From Paraphysomonas bandaiensis (Eukaryota > Protista > Chrysophyceae): a DNA stretch of 64,000 bases. Positions 11,701 through 25,462 of the stretch are shown here, piece by piece. The first letter of the stretch is position 1; each line of letters starts with the position of its first letter. The stretch is from assembly GCA_965644295.1 (NCBI GenBank), contig CBFFRP010000267.1, positions 16,338-80,337 on the forward strand, written 5' to 3'. Both the position numbers and the translations under genes were made by a program. A model generated the notes under the pieces. The model was not told the origin of the DNA and searched no databases. It saw only the letters and a list, made by a program, of their open reading frames with translations.

Positions 11701-14700
11701 TAATGAGCTGTAACATCATATCACGAATGCTCTCTTGCTTCGAAAGATTTTGTAGCATTCTGTGCAACTGGCGAATAGGAACTGGTAACTTTTCCAGATA
11801 CATAAGTCGTATCAGAACTGCTAAAATATCATGGGGTACCATCACATCCTGCACTGAATCCACCTCTACTCTCATTTGTCCAGGGTGTGATGGACCAGGA
11901 GCAGGTGTTTCCTTTCCGTCCCCACCTTCGTCTTTAGATTCTTCACGGGCACCACTGGAGGACTCCCTGGTCACAGGATCTGATGCTCCCATCATACCCA
12001 CTTGATTCCACCTATGAGCCGCACGCTCACGCAGTAATTGCGCTTCTGCAATAAGTTCGGGAGTGAGGGTAGCAATAAAAGCCGAGTCAGAGGTAAGCAA
12101 AACCTCCGCACGCAAATCAGGGGTCAGCGATGTCAAGAACGACGAGTTGTCCATTTCCTCTGCATGAGAAGGATCTGCGGGAACAGAGAACTCAGCAGAG
12201 GCAGTGTTGTCTCTTTCTCGACGAACTTGGTCAAGAATCTCCTGTCGGATATTGTCTGGGAGTGCATTGATGGTCTCAAGGTCATATCCAGCTTCAACTA
12301 AGAGTTCGTTAGACTGATCAGAGGTCTCTTCATGAGTTTCGATTATTTCTCTCTGCATGAATTCGGGCAGGGAATTGAATACCTCTGCATCATAGCCGGG
12401 AGGACATACCAAGCCGGAGGTAGCAGGGGCACTCTCCCCCGTATCGTTCTCATTGGTATCCGCGGGTGAACCCTCAACTGTAGCCCCTATACTGTCGACA
12501 TTATCCGTGTCTTGCATAATACGAACAAGTTGATTCGCCAGGATTTGTTCGTCTGGGTCAGCACCGTCATACTCAGTCTCAGGCTCATCCCTGACCTCCA
12601 CATCCACATTCCTCTCATCTACAACAGGCAGGTTCTCAGCTTCACTAGTGTGAACATCTACCACATTGACATTACCCAGTTCAACACCAGTGGATTGATC
12701 ACGTTCACAACCAGATTGCTCCAGAGTCGTTGCCGAGTCCTCAGCGCAATCGCTATTCTCATTCTCCACCTGCATCGAAATTGCGATGGTAGATGGACAG
12801 ATCACCCTGCCCGTACCTTCGTCTTCAGCAATATCGACAGCACTGTGGGTGTGATCCGTGATAATCTCAGCTGTACCATCTGTATCAATTATACCCGTAT
12901 CTGATGTAACAATGTCCTGGTTGTTATCAGCACCATGCGCCGTGCCCACTCCACACTCATCAGTCGTTTGGTCAGGGTGCACATTTTGTTGTGCGCTGTT
13001 TATCACGTGTTGTGCATCTGCAGAATCTGATGCAGCAGGTTCGGCAGAAGAGCTTTGCTCTGATTCACTATCATGCCCCTGTTCATTCGTTGAACCTCTC
13101 ATAACCGGACTTGTCTCCAGCTGCACATGGCGACCTAGTATTGACCTGATTTCACCCATCACCGTAACAGACACTGGCCGAGACGCACTGGAGACGTCTC
13201 CAACACCCTCCGTCGCCAAGTCTCCGTCATTATCCCATCTCCCAGCACCCCTTCTCCCAGTCCCCCTGCTAGAGAATATAACATGCTCCACGCCCCTACC
13301 ACGACTATCGAGTGACATATCAAGGAGCGGTCGCGATTGTACGAGCTCATCATATGCCGCCCGCTGATCAGAACTCCGCACTCCAGGTACCAACATGTTT
13401 TCAAAGAATTCCTCAATAGTATCCTCAGACTCCAATACAATTCGTCGATGGTCTGTACGCGCAGCTATAGAAACTCCTCCCCCATTCGCATTCACAAACC
13501 CACCCCTAGCATCATCCTGCGCGGCACCAATTAGCATGGGATGGCCTATCCGCCAATTCGCCTGCAGAGCACGATCGATTCCGCCAGGAAGAAGCGAGCA
13601 TTCCTGCTGTTCGGCAGCGCGAGCTTCATCACTACCAGCCGCTTGAGCTGTTCGACTGCGTCCACGCCCCCTCCAAGGGATCTGACCAGGAGAGGTTCGA
13701 CGAATGAACTCTAGAAGAGTAGTACCATAATCCCCTTCGACCTCGACATCCTCAGTATCATCACCCATCAAATGCATACCAGATCCAGCTTGAAGCGAAA
13801 CTCCCCCAGTGTTCCCGCGTCGTACCTGATCTGGAGGAGTGATAAACTCACCGAATGGATTCCCATCAGACGGAAAAGTGTCCCGTAATAAGTCCAGGCC
13901 GTGAGTTGGACTAATGATGTCAGGACTGAACAGATTGCGCAAACCTGCATTAAGTTCGTCCGTCGTCAAATCATGACCCTCGTGTCGACTTATAAACCCA
14001 CGCATATATCTCTCTTCATCATCGTCGTCGTCATCATCATCGTCCTCGTCATCATCATCCTCATCTTCTTCTTCGTCTGGCTCCTCATCGTCATCATCAT
14101 CTTCTGGATGAGAATTCGCACCGTCTTGATCAGTAGTATGATTTTCCACAGCATATGCTGCATCAAAGCTCATGACGTTTTCGCGCCTTCCCTGCGACAT
14201 ATCAGATTCTCTATCCATTGAACCGCTGTCGTTAAACGTTTCGCCTTCTTCGCCCACTTTCTCCTCACCACTGCGCATGGATAAAGATCTTTTGAGTCGA
14301 TGAAAGTGCAAAATAAATTTTGGTCGGGTGAGTATTTCTAATGGACCAAGCATAGCATCAAACACAGAGTCGCACCCACTAGACTCAATATCAACTGATG
14401 CCAGTGCCTGCACGATCAGAGTGGGTACACCACATTTCGAAAGATACAACATAGCATCCACAGAAACATGTTGACGGTCCTGCATAACACCTGCGGAGTC
14501 TTTAGGAGCTCTGCACGAGGTAACCACCAACGACAAAAGTCGGCCAACACGAGCCATGAACTGTAGTCGTTGCGCCTCGTTATGGAAGTACTTGTTCGTA
14601 GGAGATTTAGGAAGAGACAACTGCTTCAGAGTTTCCACAATAGAATCAAGAACAACTTTGCGAGGTCTACCACGGTTACAACTCAACACAGTCATGATCC

Positions 14701-17700
14701 TAGCAGCGCCCTGCACTTCTTCTGTGGCTGCTGAATTAGCTTTACAATTCTTTGACAGAAATGTCCTGATTAGATATGGAATAAAAAACTCGGACTGCAG
14801 ACTCACAAAATTCATGCGACACTTCGCAACGAGTAGGGAAATTCCCTGCACAGACAAAATGCAATCGGATAACGCGTTCAAGCATGCCCCATTCGAGAAC
14901 ATCATTTTGTCGGTATCATTAGGTGACGTAAAACGACTAATAAATACGGATAGAGTCATGAGAGCTCTTGACCCAGGAAATTGCTCAGAATCATCCCCTA
15001 GCTTGCACTCATCATCGTTCATGCCCTCAGACAATTTCACAGTTATGGGGTCAGCGATGGATTTCCTTGTAAAAACCAAGGACGACTCTGCAGCTGAAAG
15101 AAAAACTTCGGGGCTTCTGTAGATCAGATCGGCGCAGGCTTCCACCAGACTTACCAGTAGTACAGGCTTGCCTGGATCCTTCTCTTCGAGAGTTTCGAAT
15201 TTTGACTTGATTTTACTTCGCATACACAATTTTAATACTGGCTTCGTCTCAAAACACCGCCTCAAAATCATAGACAATAGAGGCTGCATATTCGCAGCCG
15301 CCGCATTAGATTCCTCATTGGAAGGTAGGGACAGTATCTTAACTAAACCATTGTTTTTAACCAGTCTATCAGCCACCTCATCCTTTGACAACAGCTCACA
15401 CAAAACGAGCAATAGAGCATGGCACGTATCGTTATCCATTCGCAAATTGTCCCCCCCAGAATTAAGCAACATAGATTCAGTTGCTTCGTAGAGTTCCCAA
15501 AATGCATCGTTCTGTACAAGTTGGTTTCGCCCCATATCAATCAAAGTTGACGACGACACACTGTCAGTAGAGGGCTCCATCGACCCAATTGCGTCTTCTT
15601 TGCTTTCTGCTTGATGGGAGATGCTGCCCCTTTCATTCCCACTGTCCGCATTCGTCGATGAATTGTTGTTCTTGGTGGACGCTACTAGATCATAGCATAT
15701 CAATAATGCTGGTACAACCCAGCGGGGCCAGTATCGTATTTCACATGAGTTTTCTGTCTGGCGTGACATTGCCGTAGAAGGGACAGCAGAAATTAAGTGA
15801 ACAATATTGTGAATTAGCTCTCCCACATAAGAAGAGGTGATTTCGCGCTCAATGTGCATGCGATTCAACTTACTCCTCAGAAGTGAAAGTAAGAACATCA
15901 GGACACCGTGAAGTTGCTCAGTATCTCCCATTCGCACTCTGCTAGTCAAACTATGCAAAATGGAGGTCTGGTCTAGCTCAGGAAATGAAGAATGCATATT
16001 TAACAGAAACTCACACATTCGAGCAAACACCATACGTACAGCTACATCGCTCCATCCGAGCGTGATTTCCACATACTTCCATGCGTCCTCCACGAACGGA
16101 ATAATACTCTTTCCATATTCTGCCATCAAACTTGCAGCTTGTATTGATATCTCTTCAGTTGTAGAAGACGCTTTTGGATCAGGACGTCCAGTTGCAGACA
16201 CCTGGGACCGGCGAATCGACATAAGGCCCACTCGGTCGTCAGAATATGGGGTTACCACATCATCTTCGATCTCTTCTCTTGGCGCTATCCATCGTCTACC
16301 GGGAGTGCGACGAAGTGAGTCGTCTTCCAACCCCATGGATTCGTTGGATATATTCCTCAGCCATTGTGGCCTCTGGTGTAGAGGAAGTGGCGGAACAACC
16401 GAAGAGGATTCGTCTGGGGTCGATAATTCGGCATCACTCGGAAAGGTATTGACAAACATCGCGTCCATCTCTCGACTAAATTCAGTCATTTCGTCATGAG
16501 AACCTGTTTCTCGAGAATTACCACCATGATCTGGAGTATTATTCGTGGTTTCAGATGATGCTGCCTCTTCAGATGTAGGAATAATATTTCCACCCTGCGT
16601 GTTATGTTCATGTCCGCCTTCCTGTAAAGTATCCGACGATGGCGCACTAACTTCTGTTGTGGCCATAATGACACCATCTCCACCCCCTCTGTTCAAGGTC
16701 TCGACAGTGGATTCCTGTGTTGTTGGGTGCGTGAACAAGTACTCCATAACTACATCCAGGTCGCGCGACATTGTCGCATTTAGAGCATTTCTTATGTCGG
16801 CTCGACTGAACCCCATGTCCATGCCGACAGCTTCAACCTGATCAGGGGGAGAAAAGAGATGCGATGCACGCGAGGGCCCAGAAGAGCGCGAATTCAAAAT
16901 TCGTCCCATGGGACTTGTTGACTCCAGTGTAGAGGCATTGCGGTCACTCATACTATTGCGCGATTTCGAAGAGGATACAGAATGGAGACTGGCAACCATA
17001 TCAGTGACTATTCTCATCCACTCTATTTGCAATCCACTCGGAAATCGGGCAAAACTATTGGCTTTCAAAATTGGAAGCAGCGCCTGTCCTACTTGGAGAA
17101 TGCCCTTCTGCAAAGCTTTTTCAAAATTCAAATCATTGTCATATGTACCAGTTGATATCAATGTATTGGTTGTAGAAGTCGGCTTATAGCGTTTATAATC
17201 AACGACTATATGAACTAACACAAGGAGGGGGCTAAGACTATGAAGGGCGCACCTAGAAGCAGGTGACAAAACAATTGCACTTGCCCTTCCTTCTTCTGCG
17301 GGGCCATTCGAAATTTTATCGAGTAATTCGCGATCCAGGTTACTGGCCGTGAACTGAAAAACACACAGAGCATATTGTATAACACCTTGAGCTAAAAACC
17401 TCTTAAGTAAATATGTATTAGGATGACCGTTCTTATCGTCAAAGATTGACTGCACAATAAATTTAGACAAAGCTCCAAAGAAAAGGTGTGCGGTCGCTTC
17501 GTCGATATCAACACGGTCACAGCTATCATAACCCTCGTTACACCCTTCTTTACTGTCCCCCCATGGTGTCTTCGCAGATGGTAGCTGAGCATCGTCGTTA
17601 GATGTGTTCTGTGGCTCTTCTTCGCTTAGGGTTCTATGTACTCCTTCAATGGGCCATTTACAGGCGATGTTGTTAGGTTGTGGATTCTCAAAAAACTTTG

Positions 17701-20700
17701 CAGTTATATTGGCCAAAGATCCCGCAACCAAAGAAGCCATATCTGATATGTGGAGGCAGTTACCATGCCGAGTATCGATATCTAATACAACCGACTGTGA
17801 TAGATGGGTAGCCACAAGCTTCAACGCCGCATGAACTCTAGTAAATGCGTAGCATACGCCATCGCGAAGCGTGCTTGCACGTATATTTCGACGGGCAGTC
17901 TTTGACTGTGAAACAGTTTGAGTAGGGGTACTGTCGTCAACGTTTATTGTGTCGACCAATGAAACAATCGGATCTCTTCTGAAATCCCTCTGAAACTCAG
18001 AGAGCCATCCATGTGCAGTTCGATAACGGATAACACCGCCAGGAGTACATACCCGCTCGTAGGCCACTGTGGTTGCACCACGAGGAGCTAACAAAACGAT
18101 ACGAGAGCCATCAATCTCACTTCCCTCCCGGACAATGGCCCCGGATGATATAATTATGCGAACGATGTACCGCTGCGGTACAGTACATTCGTCGTCCTCA
18201 TCAGGAGGGATCAAATCAAACCCACCCGATAGTCGAGTCCAGCAATCACTTAACCCCTACATATCAACACGAAATTACTGTTCACAGTTTCTGAATGACA
18301 ATAGTGACACCTTTGATTTCCACTTCTTCGAAGAAACTCTGCATACTTCCAACAAAGATGATCTGTGGAACGCAAACAGCCTCCTGAGAACATCCTTTCC
18401 GGCCAATATAAGTTGAGGATCTGCTCCTTGTGAGTGATATCTACCAGGTTTGAAACAATGTGAAGTCATCACACTCAGCCATTCAAGCGTCAGTACTCCC
18501 TTAACAAAGTTTCCAATGCAGGCCTCAATATTATGGTGAGAAAATATGGAATTTTCCCTATATTCTTTCGAAAATATATGGAAGTCCGGGACACTATCCA
18601 ACACACCAAGAACAACAACATTTGGAGGTTTTGCTTTCTGCTTCTTTAATTTGCTTCGCGATTTTCCAATAGAACTCCCAAACGAAGGGGGGGCATCGCC
18701 AGTTGGGTCTTTGGACAGAACATAAAGTGCCTCTTTTGCTGCAGAAATCTCTCCCAGAGTACTATCAATGGCTGAAAATAACACAGGTAGAAGCAACTGA
18801 GGAGACACGGAAGAAGCCAACTTCGTCAGCGACGACAGAGCCTTGGCAACGAAAAAATCGCCAAGGTAAGTGAGCGATCCGGTGCTGGGGTGGTGACTAG
18901 TAATTTGCGCAAACAACTGCCTAGGTGGAGGAAGGGTGCAGTGAAATGTCGCAACAATACTATCCAATACTTCTGCTCTAAAAAATTGCCGAAGTGAATC
19001 CATACACGAGGAGCTACGGCTGGAATAGTTCAGCGACTCCACGAGAGATGACATGGTCTGAATTCTCTGCGTGGCTGCGTACCGTAATTTTTCGACTTCA
19101 TCCTCTGTGTCCGCACACAACGAGTTACGAGCATCCGCACATGCCTTCATCAAACATGATCTCATTGCCTCCAACACCGCTGGGCGGAAATTGTCGTGAT
19201 CACGTACTATCAGCGCAATTTCGTGGCCAATAGCGGAAAGAATATCCGCAGCAATACCTTCCGACCTCGGTATGATGTAGTTTGGGTGAACAAGGGAGTT
19301 TATAAGCTTCGTTAATATCTTTTTGCTACCAACAAATGACTTGCCGTCAGAGGTTATACACATGGCGTGCACGAGACGGGCAACTTCAATTAGTATACCC
19401 CCTGGTCGAAAACCGGGGCTGTCGTCAATATAATACAGCGGACATATGTCAGCGTTTTCCGATACAAGTGCGTCGAGGAGACTGTGAGCAGTGTTACCTC
19501 GCAAAAAGTGGGCAAGAAATTGCGGTTCAATGTCTATTGCTGAGGTGAATAGCTCGCAGAGGGCCTGCACCAGCACGAGTGAAAACGACCCATCTGACTG
19601 CCGCCGGAGCATGGCCTGGCAGAGCTGTGCGAAGTGCGGTTGGTATAGAATCTGTAGCCCTGACTCTGTTGCAAGCACGACCCGACGTCTTCCAGCAGTT
19701 ATGACCACACTTAGAAGACTGAGAGCACTTCCGAGCAGATCATTGAGCACAGTATGCGGCTTAAACATAAGTGGGTTAGGATGTGTGGCAAGGAGTTCGA
19801 AGAGCTGTGTGAGAGTTGACAGGCCTTCGCTCTCTCGGAACGCAGAATCTCGAACACTATGGGCAGATACTGCTACTTCCAAACACTGTAGCGCTTTCAC
19901 AACCGGAAAGAGAGAGTGCATCGTAGTAGCCACCTCCTCCTCGCCGTTTGATTCTCGAAGCACCTTGCCAATGCTGTCTAGGGAGGAGTACACTAGACCC
20001 ACCACAGCACCGATGGCCGCACCTTCACTAACTATTCTGTGATCTTTGATAGATAAGCATGCCGAAAAGAGTTCAATGGCCATTTGAACATACTCTGCAA
20101 GGAATGAAGAGGGACTCCTATGGCCAGCATTTGGAAATTGGATAGCACATGGCTCCGGACGAGGGGTAGAGGCCATCACAGAACAGGCAGTAAGTAATAC
20201 AGAAAACCAAGGGAGCTCTTGTGAGACAGATCCCGCCTGGTCAGATCGTATGACACCAAGGTCCTGGAGGATATCTGAGTTACGCAAGATAAGCTTGCGC
20301 CGATGAAGGCTGGTCTCCAGTAGTCCCACTATACAGTCCAGGGCGAGAGTGGAAAGAGGGTAGGGACATTCTGCTAACTGTAGCTCTGTCAACACTGAGG
20401 ACGACACATCAGAGAGCACAATCAAATCCTTGAGCACATTCCCTCCTTGAGCCAAATAAGGAGCAAGAGTATCGATTGAAAGGTGACTGTGCACGAGTAC
20501 ATATAATGCCCGCATTCGTAGTGCTAGGAGACCAACACGAGAAATGGTCGAACCTCGAAGACTTTGGGCAGCCGAAACAACGTACCGCACACTCAGTTGC
20601 TGGGAGGGCGTCAATGATGGGTACTCCTCGAACATTGATCGGCAGAGCTCATCATCACTAAGGGTGGAGGCAAGACATACCCGCACTCTAATGGATCCGT

Positions 20701-21516
20701 TATCCAAATCATTAGACGGGATTGATGCATCAGGATCAATAGGATATTCAAGGATGAGTTCATCCGTTGGGCATAACAGGGGTTCCTGTCCACGCAAAAA
20801 ATCGATCAATCCGTAGGAGTGAGACATAAACCCCAGAGCTTCAAACATGATCAGTACGTTGTTTGCTATGTTCGCAGAAACCTACACGAATAATCAACTA
20901 AAATACGTTGAGTGTCCAATCGCTAACATATACCTCTGTTGTATCTTTCCATCCCGTCTCCGCGTTATATGAAGCAATCGACAGAGAAGGCATCGAAAAG
21001 TAGAATAAGATCTCGGTCGCCAGCCCTACGACTTCGTGGTTCATAGAATACAGTAATTTTCCTACCAGCTAGAGTCCAAGTGAGAATAGACAACATACAT
21101 AGTAAATATTCTCACCTCTGTTGACAAAAAGTATCTCTTGTGCACAGAATTTTTTAGTACATACGACAGATACTTCAAAGTAGCTATTAGCAACGTGTTT
21201 GTATATCCACTATCATGGGGCAATTCTTCTACACTTGCAGCTATAATCGTGTCCAACTTCTCAAAAACGGGAATAAGAAGCCTCACGTCGATCTGAACGA
21301 AATGTAACACACAGAGATATATGACGTCAACTGGACTCGAGTCCTTCATACCTGATTCGTTTTACCAGATCTAGCATGTGATAAAAGAAGTTCCTCTAAT
21401 TCACTACCAGATGCTTCAACTAGATTAGATACTTTAGTTTGAATAGATGAGTCGATAATATCAGGATGAATGCCATCTATTTCAAGGTACTTTGATAGCT
21501 TCATAGTTCTGAACAT
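8781..21516 (-). CDS. HUWE1/Tom1/UPL1-type giant HECT E3 ubiquitin ligase (~4000 aa, ~9 exons)
   Basis: C-terminal HECT domain (EEGIDAGGLTREWY, FLQFITGTSK|VPLDGF, catalytic LPTAHTCFNQ|LDLPEY, GSEGFGFA* with stop at 8781). UBA domain (MGFSRADIRNAL), UBM-like repeats (FNSLPEFMQREII, ALPDNIRQEIL, SLTPDLRAEVL), acidic tract, N-terminal helical region. Start at ATG 21516 or 21504. Confidence 0.93.
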
Positions 21517-22157
21517 AGTGATTCACTCACACATAGGAATATATTCAAAACAAAAATAACCACCTAATAAAAATAAATTAAATCAAATAGATGATTTTCA
21601 TATAATTCCTACGATCTAAATATATAGATGTAGGAGTGTAGAGTTATGACTAATCTGCTCTATGATCTCTCTCTCTATATATACGAAGTATGCCGTATGT
21701 GAGTGTAATTCATAAAAGAAGATGAAAAAAAAAATAATAACATACTATATATTGCACATATACAGTACATACCTATACGGATATGTCCGTATGTTGGATC
21801 CTTTCTTTGCATCATCTTCGAATTCCTCAGCAGAAGGTGGGGATACTGTAGCCCGTTTCTTTGTACCATATAAATTCCGGCTACATAAGGTGAAATTTTA
21901 GTTTTAGAAATCCCACATATGGGATATTATGCATATACTGCTGTATGTACAGTCATAATATACGTCCCACTGTGCTGTATATGTCACTATGATATGATCC
22001 ATATATATATAAGCAGGATGTCTATTAAAGTTCTGTCTACATATAATGAAGCTACGAGAGATATGAATCATATCATTATCAAATGGGTTTGATCGTTTAT
22101 TAAGTTGTCTGAAGGAGTCAATAGACATCTAGTTATTAATTAACGTGTATCGAAAAG

Positions 22158-24548
22158 ATGCCTCTGGCTCTCCATCTCTTACAAGAACTTTCTGCCAATG
22201 AAGGCACAAACATCATGATGGATGGTGAAGAAGTCGAAATGACAGTTGTATCGGAGTATCTTCTGACTCAATTACCTCGACTCTTTCTTGCCATCGCAGA
22301 ACAGCGATATAACGATGCAGAGATAGGCCTATCTATGCTACACACTACCAAAGTGTATTTCTCTGTATTTGACAACATTAAAAGTCCGTGCATGTTATTG
22401 ATTTCATGTGAGCGTTTGTATCACGAGTTTATGTTCACTCAAGGCATGAACAATAGCTCTTACAATCTATTGGATATGTATTCGCAAGTGTCAGCTGACC
22501 TCAATACAATGTATAACATATTCAATGAAGAAGATAGTGTCATCGCGAAACCTTCAGAGAGTGCATGTTCTTCCCTTAGCTCTAACTTTAGCTACATATC
22601 GCTTGGATCTGCTCCAAGTGGCGAGTATATGCTTGTGAATGTTCAGGGTGATGTGGTGGCCGACTGTGAAGAAAAAATTCATACTCCTCCGATTGGGGGG
22701 TCTATTAAAGATACCAACAGTCCAGCTCATGTTTCTCAGTCTGTCCAGGAAAAGCGATTTGAACCTTTATTGAAAATGCTAGGAGATATAATAATGTTTG
22801 TGGGTATGAGAATCCTAATGATCAACGTGTACGTGGCTGTGAGAAGTTGCTCATGTACCCAGGCTACTTATAAGCAGCAGTCCCGACAGTTGCGAGAACT
22901 GCAGAGGACTGCCCTGCACTATTCCAGTGATGAAGCCCGCAGACTATTGCACCGCGTATCTCTTGAAGCCCAGTGCATGGAGGCGAACCTGGGGTGCCGC
23001 TTGGCCCTCTTGTCCGCAAAGTACGTAGAAGGAGTGCTATGCTGCCAGCGACTGAGATTGCGTTTGCATGAATGGATCGCTCTTGCCTCTGGCGGGCACG
23101 AGGACCACTCTGCTGATTCACTTTCTTTAGTGCATTGGATGTGTGCGTGCTATCGCCGCTGGGTTGCAGTCATTCCAGTGCTTTTTGGTGAGAAACGACG
23201 ACAGATCTTGGGTTCCCTCTGTCTGTCTCTCGCACCGCAGCTGTCTGTGCCAGTCCCAGATTCCCCGCAGTCATCCAACTCGCCGGATGCTGTTTCTACC
23301 ATGACACTGTCTGCGACCCCTCCTCCCCATCCACCGACTGCTTCCCATCTTCCCGAGGTCAATTGTGATATATCCCGTGCTGTGGATGCGTTCTTCTCCA
23401 CCGGCCGCGGTGTGTACCGTCAACAAGCGCTTCTTGTTGTGGCGCTCACTGAAAACGGGACGGCTCTCCGAACGCAGTACGCATGCCCCCCTCGAGACCG
23501 GTGGTCCGTTTCGTCTAACAGCAGAGCAGCAGAGGATGAACTGGGACGGGTATCTTCCACAGAATCACGACATAGCGGCTCAGCGAAAGCGTTCGATGGG
23601 GATCTAATGCTTTCCGCCGTGTCAGTACACGAAATGCTGAACGATAATCTGGATGATATCATTCCACCACAGATATTACCTCCACGAGTCAAGCGAACCG
23701 AAGCAGTGGTTCTAAGTCGATTGTTTCCGTCGTCCGTGTCGGTTACCAGCGGTACACCCAGTCGGGGACAGCAAGCGCACCCATACTACCACACTTCCAC
23801 CCGGCGGCTGCTGGGCATGGTAAACACGACAATGACTCACACTTCCAGTGCCTCTAGCATGAATATGTCGTCACTGGGTGCGAGTGACAAGGAAGGAGGC
23901 AACACTCGACCTTACACACGTCGGCAGTCAGAATCTAGACCTCAAGACTTCACAGCAAGTGCGGGAAGTCATGGTCCTTCCGCCCCTCCTCTGCATGACC
24001 ATATTAATGAAGAGCACTCCGCCGGAGAAGATCAGACCTCTTACTCTTCAAGCGCTTCAGGTGTTGCTGAGGCAGAGTGGATCGATTCACACTTGGAAAA
24101 TATCAAGGAACTTCTCGAATGCAGCTTTCCATGCGAAGATCGAGCTGTGGAGCAAGAGGTGACATATGAGAGCTTCCGGAAAATTCTCGCAGACTCGCAG
24201 AGGAGGAAATGTGTATGTCTACCTGTTGTCAGCTCGACGCGTGGTTCCTCAGGCATATATATATTCTGCCCCCTTACGAATAGCAGTTTTGGTAGCACTG
24301 TGCGCTCTCATGTGCAAGACACATCGCATATATACAGTAGCCCCTCAGTGCGTAGTGAGGTGCCGTCGGAGAGTTTGGAAGCCCGCCTCTTTGTAGTAGG
24401 CGCGGCTTTTCACCGGATAGGAGGGAATCAACTCACATCACATCAGTACGTTGACGATACGGGAAGAAATATGAGTGAACATGTGCGAAAAATGTGTGAT
24501 GTAATTAGCGGTGATGACTTGTTCCTTAATATTGTAGAAGACCGCTAA
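22158..24548 (+). CDS. KICSTOR subunit 2 (C12orf66/DUF2003)-like protein with low-complexity insertions
   Basis: Colinear motifs resembling KICS2: ERLYHEFMF, MYSQVSADL, IIMFVGMRILMINVY, LEAQCMEANL...LRLRLHEW, LVHWM...IPVLF, YACP, HLENIKELL. Possible upstream exon 22018-22086 (intron 22087-22157). Assignment is from remembered alignment, not a search. Confidence 0.65.
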   Translation: MPLALHLLQELSANEGTNIMMDGEEVEMTVVSEYLLTQLPRLFLAIAEQRYNDAEIGLSMLHTTKVYFSVFDNIKSPCMLLISCERLYHEFMFTQGMNNSSYNLLDMYSQVSADLNTMYNIFNEEDSVIAKPSESACSSLSSNFSYISLGSAPSGEYMLVNVQGDVVADCEEKIHTPPIGGSIKDTNSPAHVSQSVQEKRFEPLLKMLGDIIMFVGMRILMINVYVAVRSCSCTQATYKQQSRQLRELQRTALHYSSDEARRLLHRVSLEAQCMEANLGCRLALLSAKYVEGVLCCQRLRLRLHEWIALASGGHEDHSADSLSLVHWMCACYRRWVAVIPVLFGEKRRQILGSLCLSLAPQLSVPVPDSPQSSNSPDAVSTMTLSATPPPHPPTASHLPEVNCDISRAVDAFFSTGRGVYRQQALLVVALTENGTALRTQYACPPRDRWSVSSNSRAAEDELGRVSSTESRHSGSAKAFDGDLMLSAVSVHEMLNDNLDDIIPPQILPPRVKRTEAVVLSRLFPSSVSVTSGTPSRGQQAHPYYHTSTRRLLGMVNTTMTHTSSASSMNMSSLGASDKEGGNTRPYTRRQSESRPQDFTASAGSHGPSAPPLHDHINEEHSAGEDQTSYSSSASGVAEAEWIDSHLENIKELLECSFPCEDRAVEQEVTYESFRKILADSQRRKCVCLPVVSSTRGSSGIYIFCPLTNSSFGSTVRSHVQDTSHIYSSPSVRSEVPSESLEARLFVVGAAFHRIGGNQLTSHQYVDDTGRNMSEHVRKMCDVISGDDLFLNIVEDR

Positions 24549-25264
24549 CACCAAAGCGGAGACGAATAGCTAGCGGTGTATACGTGTATACTGTATAGCC
24601 TTTGTATTCGAATTTCGGATATGTATAAATTTACTGTAATTAATGAAAAATCTTTGATTTCTTTTCTACTTGGCAAGTGTGCTTTTCCGTGAGAGCTAGA
24701 AATGGCTTTGTTTTACGTGTAATAACCAGCTTACTGGGTTATTTTATCATAAGACCTCTCCATGGTATATGCTTCTGCTTGTACATTTCTTGGATCTATA
24801 AACAACGATCTGCAATATATAATATATTATGACAATGAGAAGAGGTAAGAGGAGCTTCCTACTGATATATAAATTGGTGTAATCAGCCAGCCCAGGAAAC
24901 AAGAGAAAAAAAGTATATAAGACACGAGTTAAGATGATTAGAATGGAAAATTCTACTGAAATATTGAGGGTTCTATATGAGGATTCTAGATGTGTATTGC
25001 CTACTTATCCAGTAAAACAGTTATAGTTTGCGTATTCTACATTGTCCTGAAGTACGACATGTTGCTTTTACATATGTATTTTATGTTGCTAATGAATTTG
25101 AGATAAATTTTATGTAATGATCAGCCTGAAATATTGATACTATGTATGAATTCTTGTCATGCCTTATTCTTCATGGTCTGGATCGTAGGTAGTAGTAGTC
25201 GCTAGTGACTGCTGTTGAGTTTAGCTAATTTGTATAAGCAATTAAAATATGTACTCAAGGTATT

Positions 25265-25462
25265 GGAATTATAACCGTTAGTTTAGTGGTTGCACCTTGG
25301 TGCTTGCGGCGACGCACAAGCAGCTTCCGTAGCGTTAAATAGTAGGATAATGGAATTTGTGCTGATTAGTTATGGGTAGAGGACTAACTAGTATGTCTAG
25401 CATTCAACTAGCCACTATATTGGTACGCCTATTGCTAAATAAAAAGACTTTCAATATATACC
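25265..25462 (+). mobile_element. Degenerate repeat family A, copy 2
   Basis: CGGCGACGCACAAGCAGCTTCCGTAGCGTTAAATAGTAGGATAA is identical to ~42970-43013, and similarity continues to GCCTATTGCTAA. Confidence 0.8.

Noticed and set aside
9988-20816. Many plus-strand ORFs overlapping the HECT gene, and similar ones over both retroelements
   Set aside because: Antisense shadows of long coding frames with no motifs.
21791-21957. Further upstream coding exon for the KICS2-like gene (MLDPFFASS...)
   Set aside because: Splicing to the next plausible acceptor gives an immediate stop (TCA TAA); it cannot be joined in frame with confidence.
22804-22862. Possible intron in the KICS2-like ORF
   Set aside because: The read-through peptide (FVGMRILMINVY) matches a KICS2-like motif, so it is probably coding.
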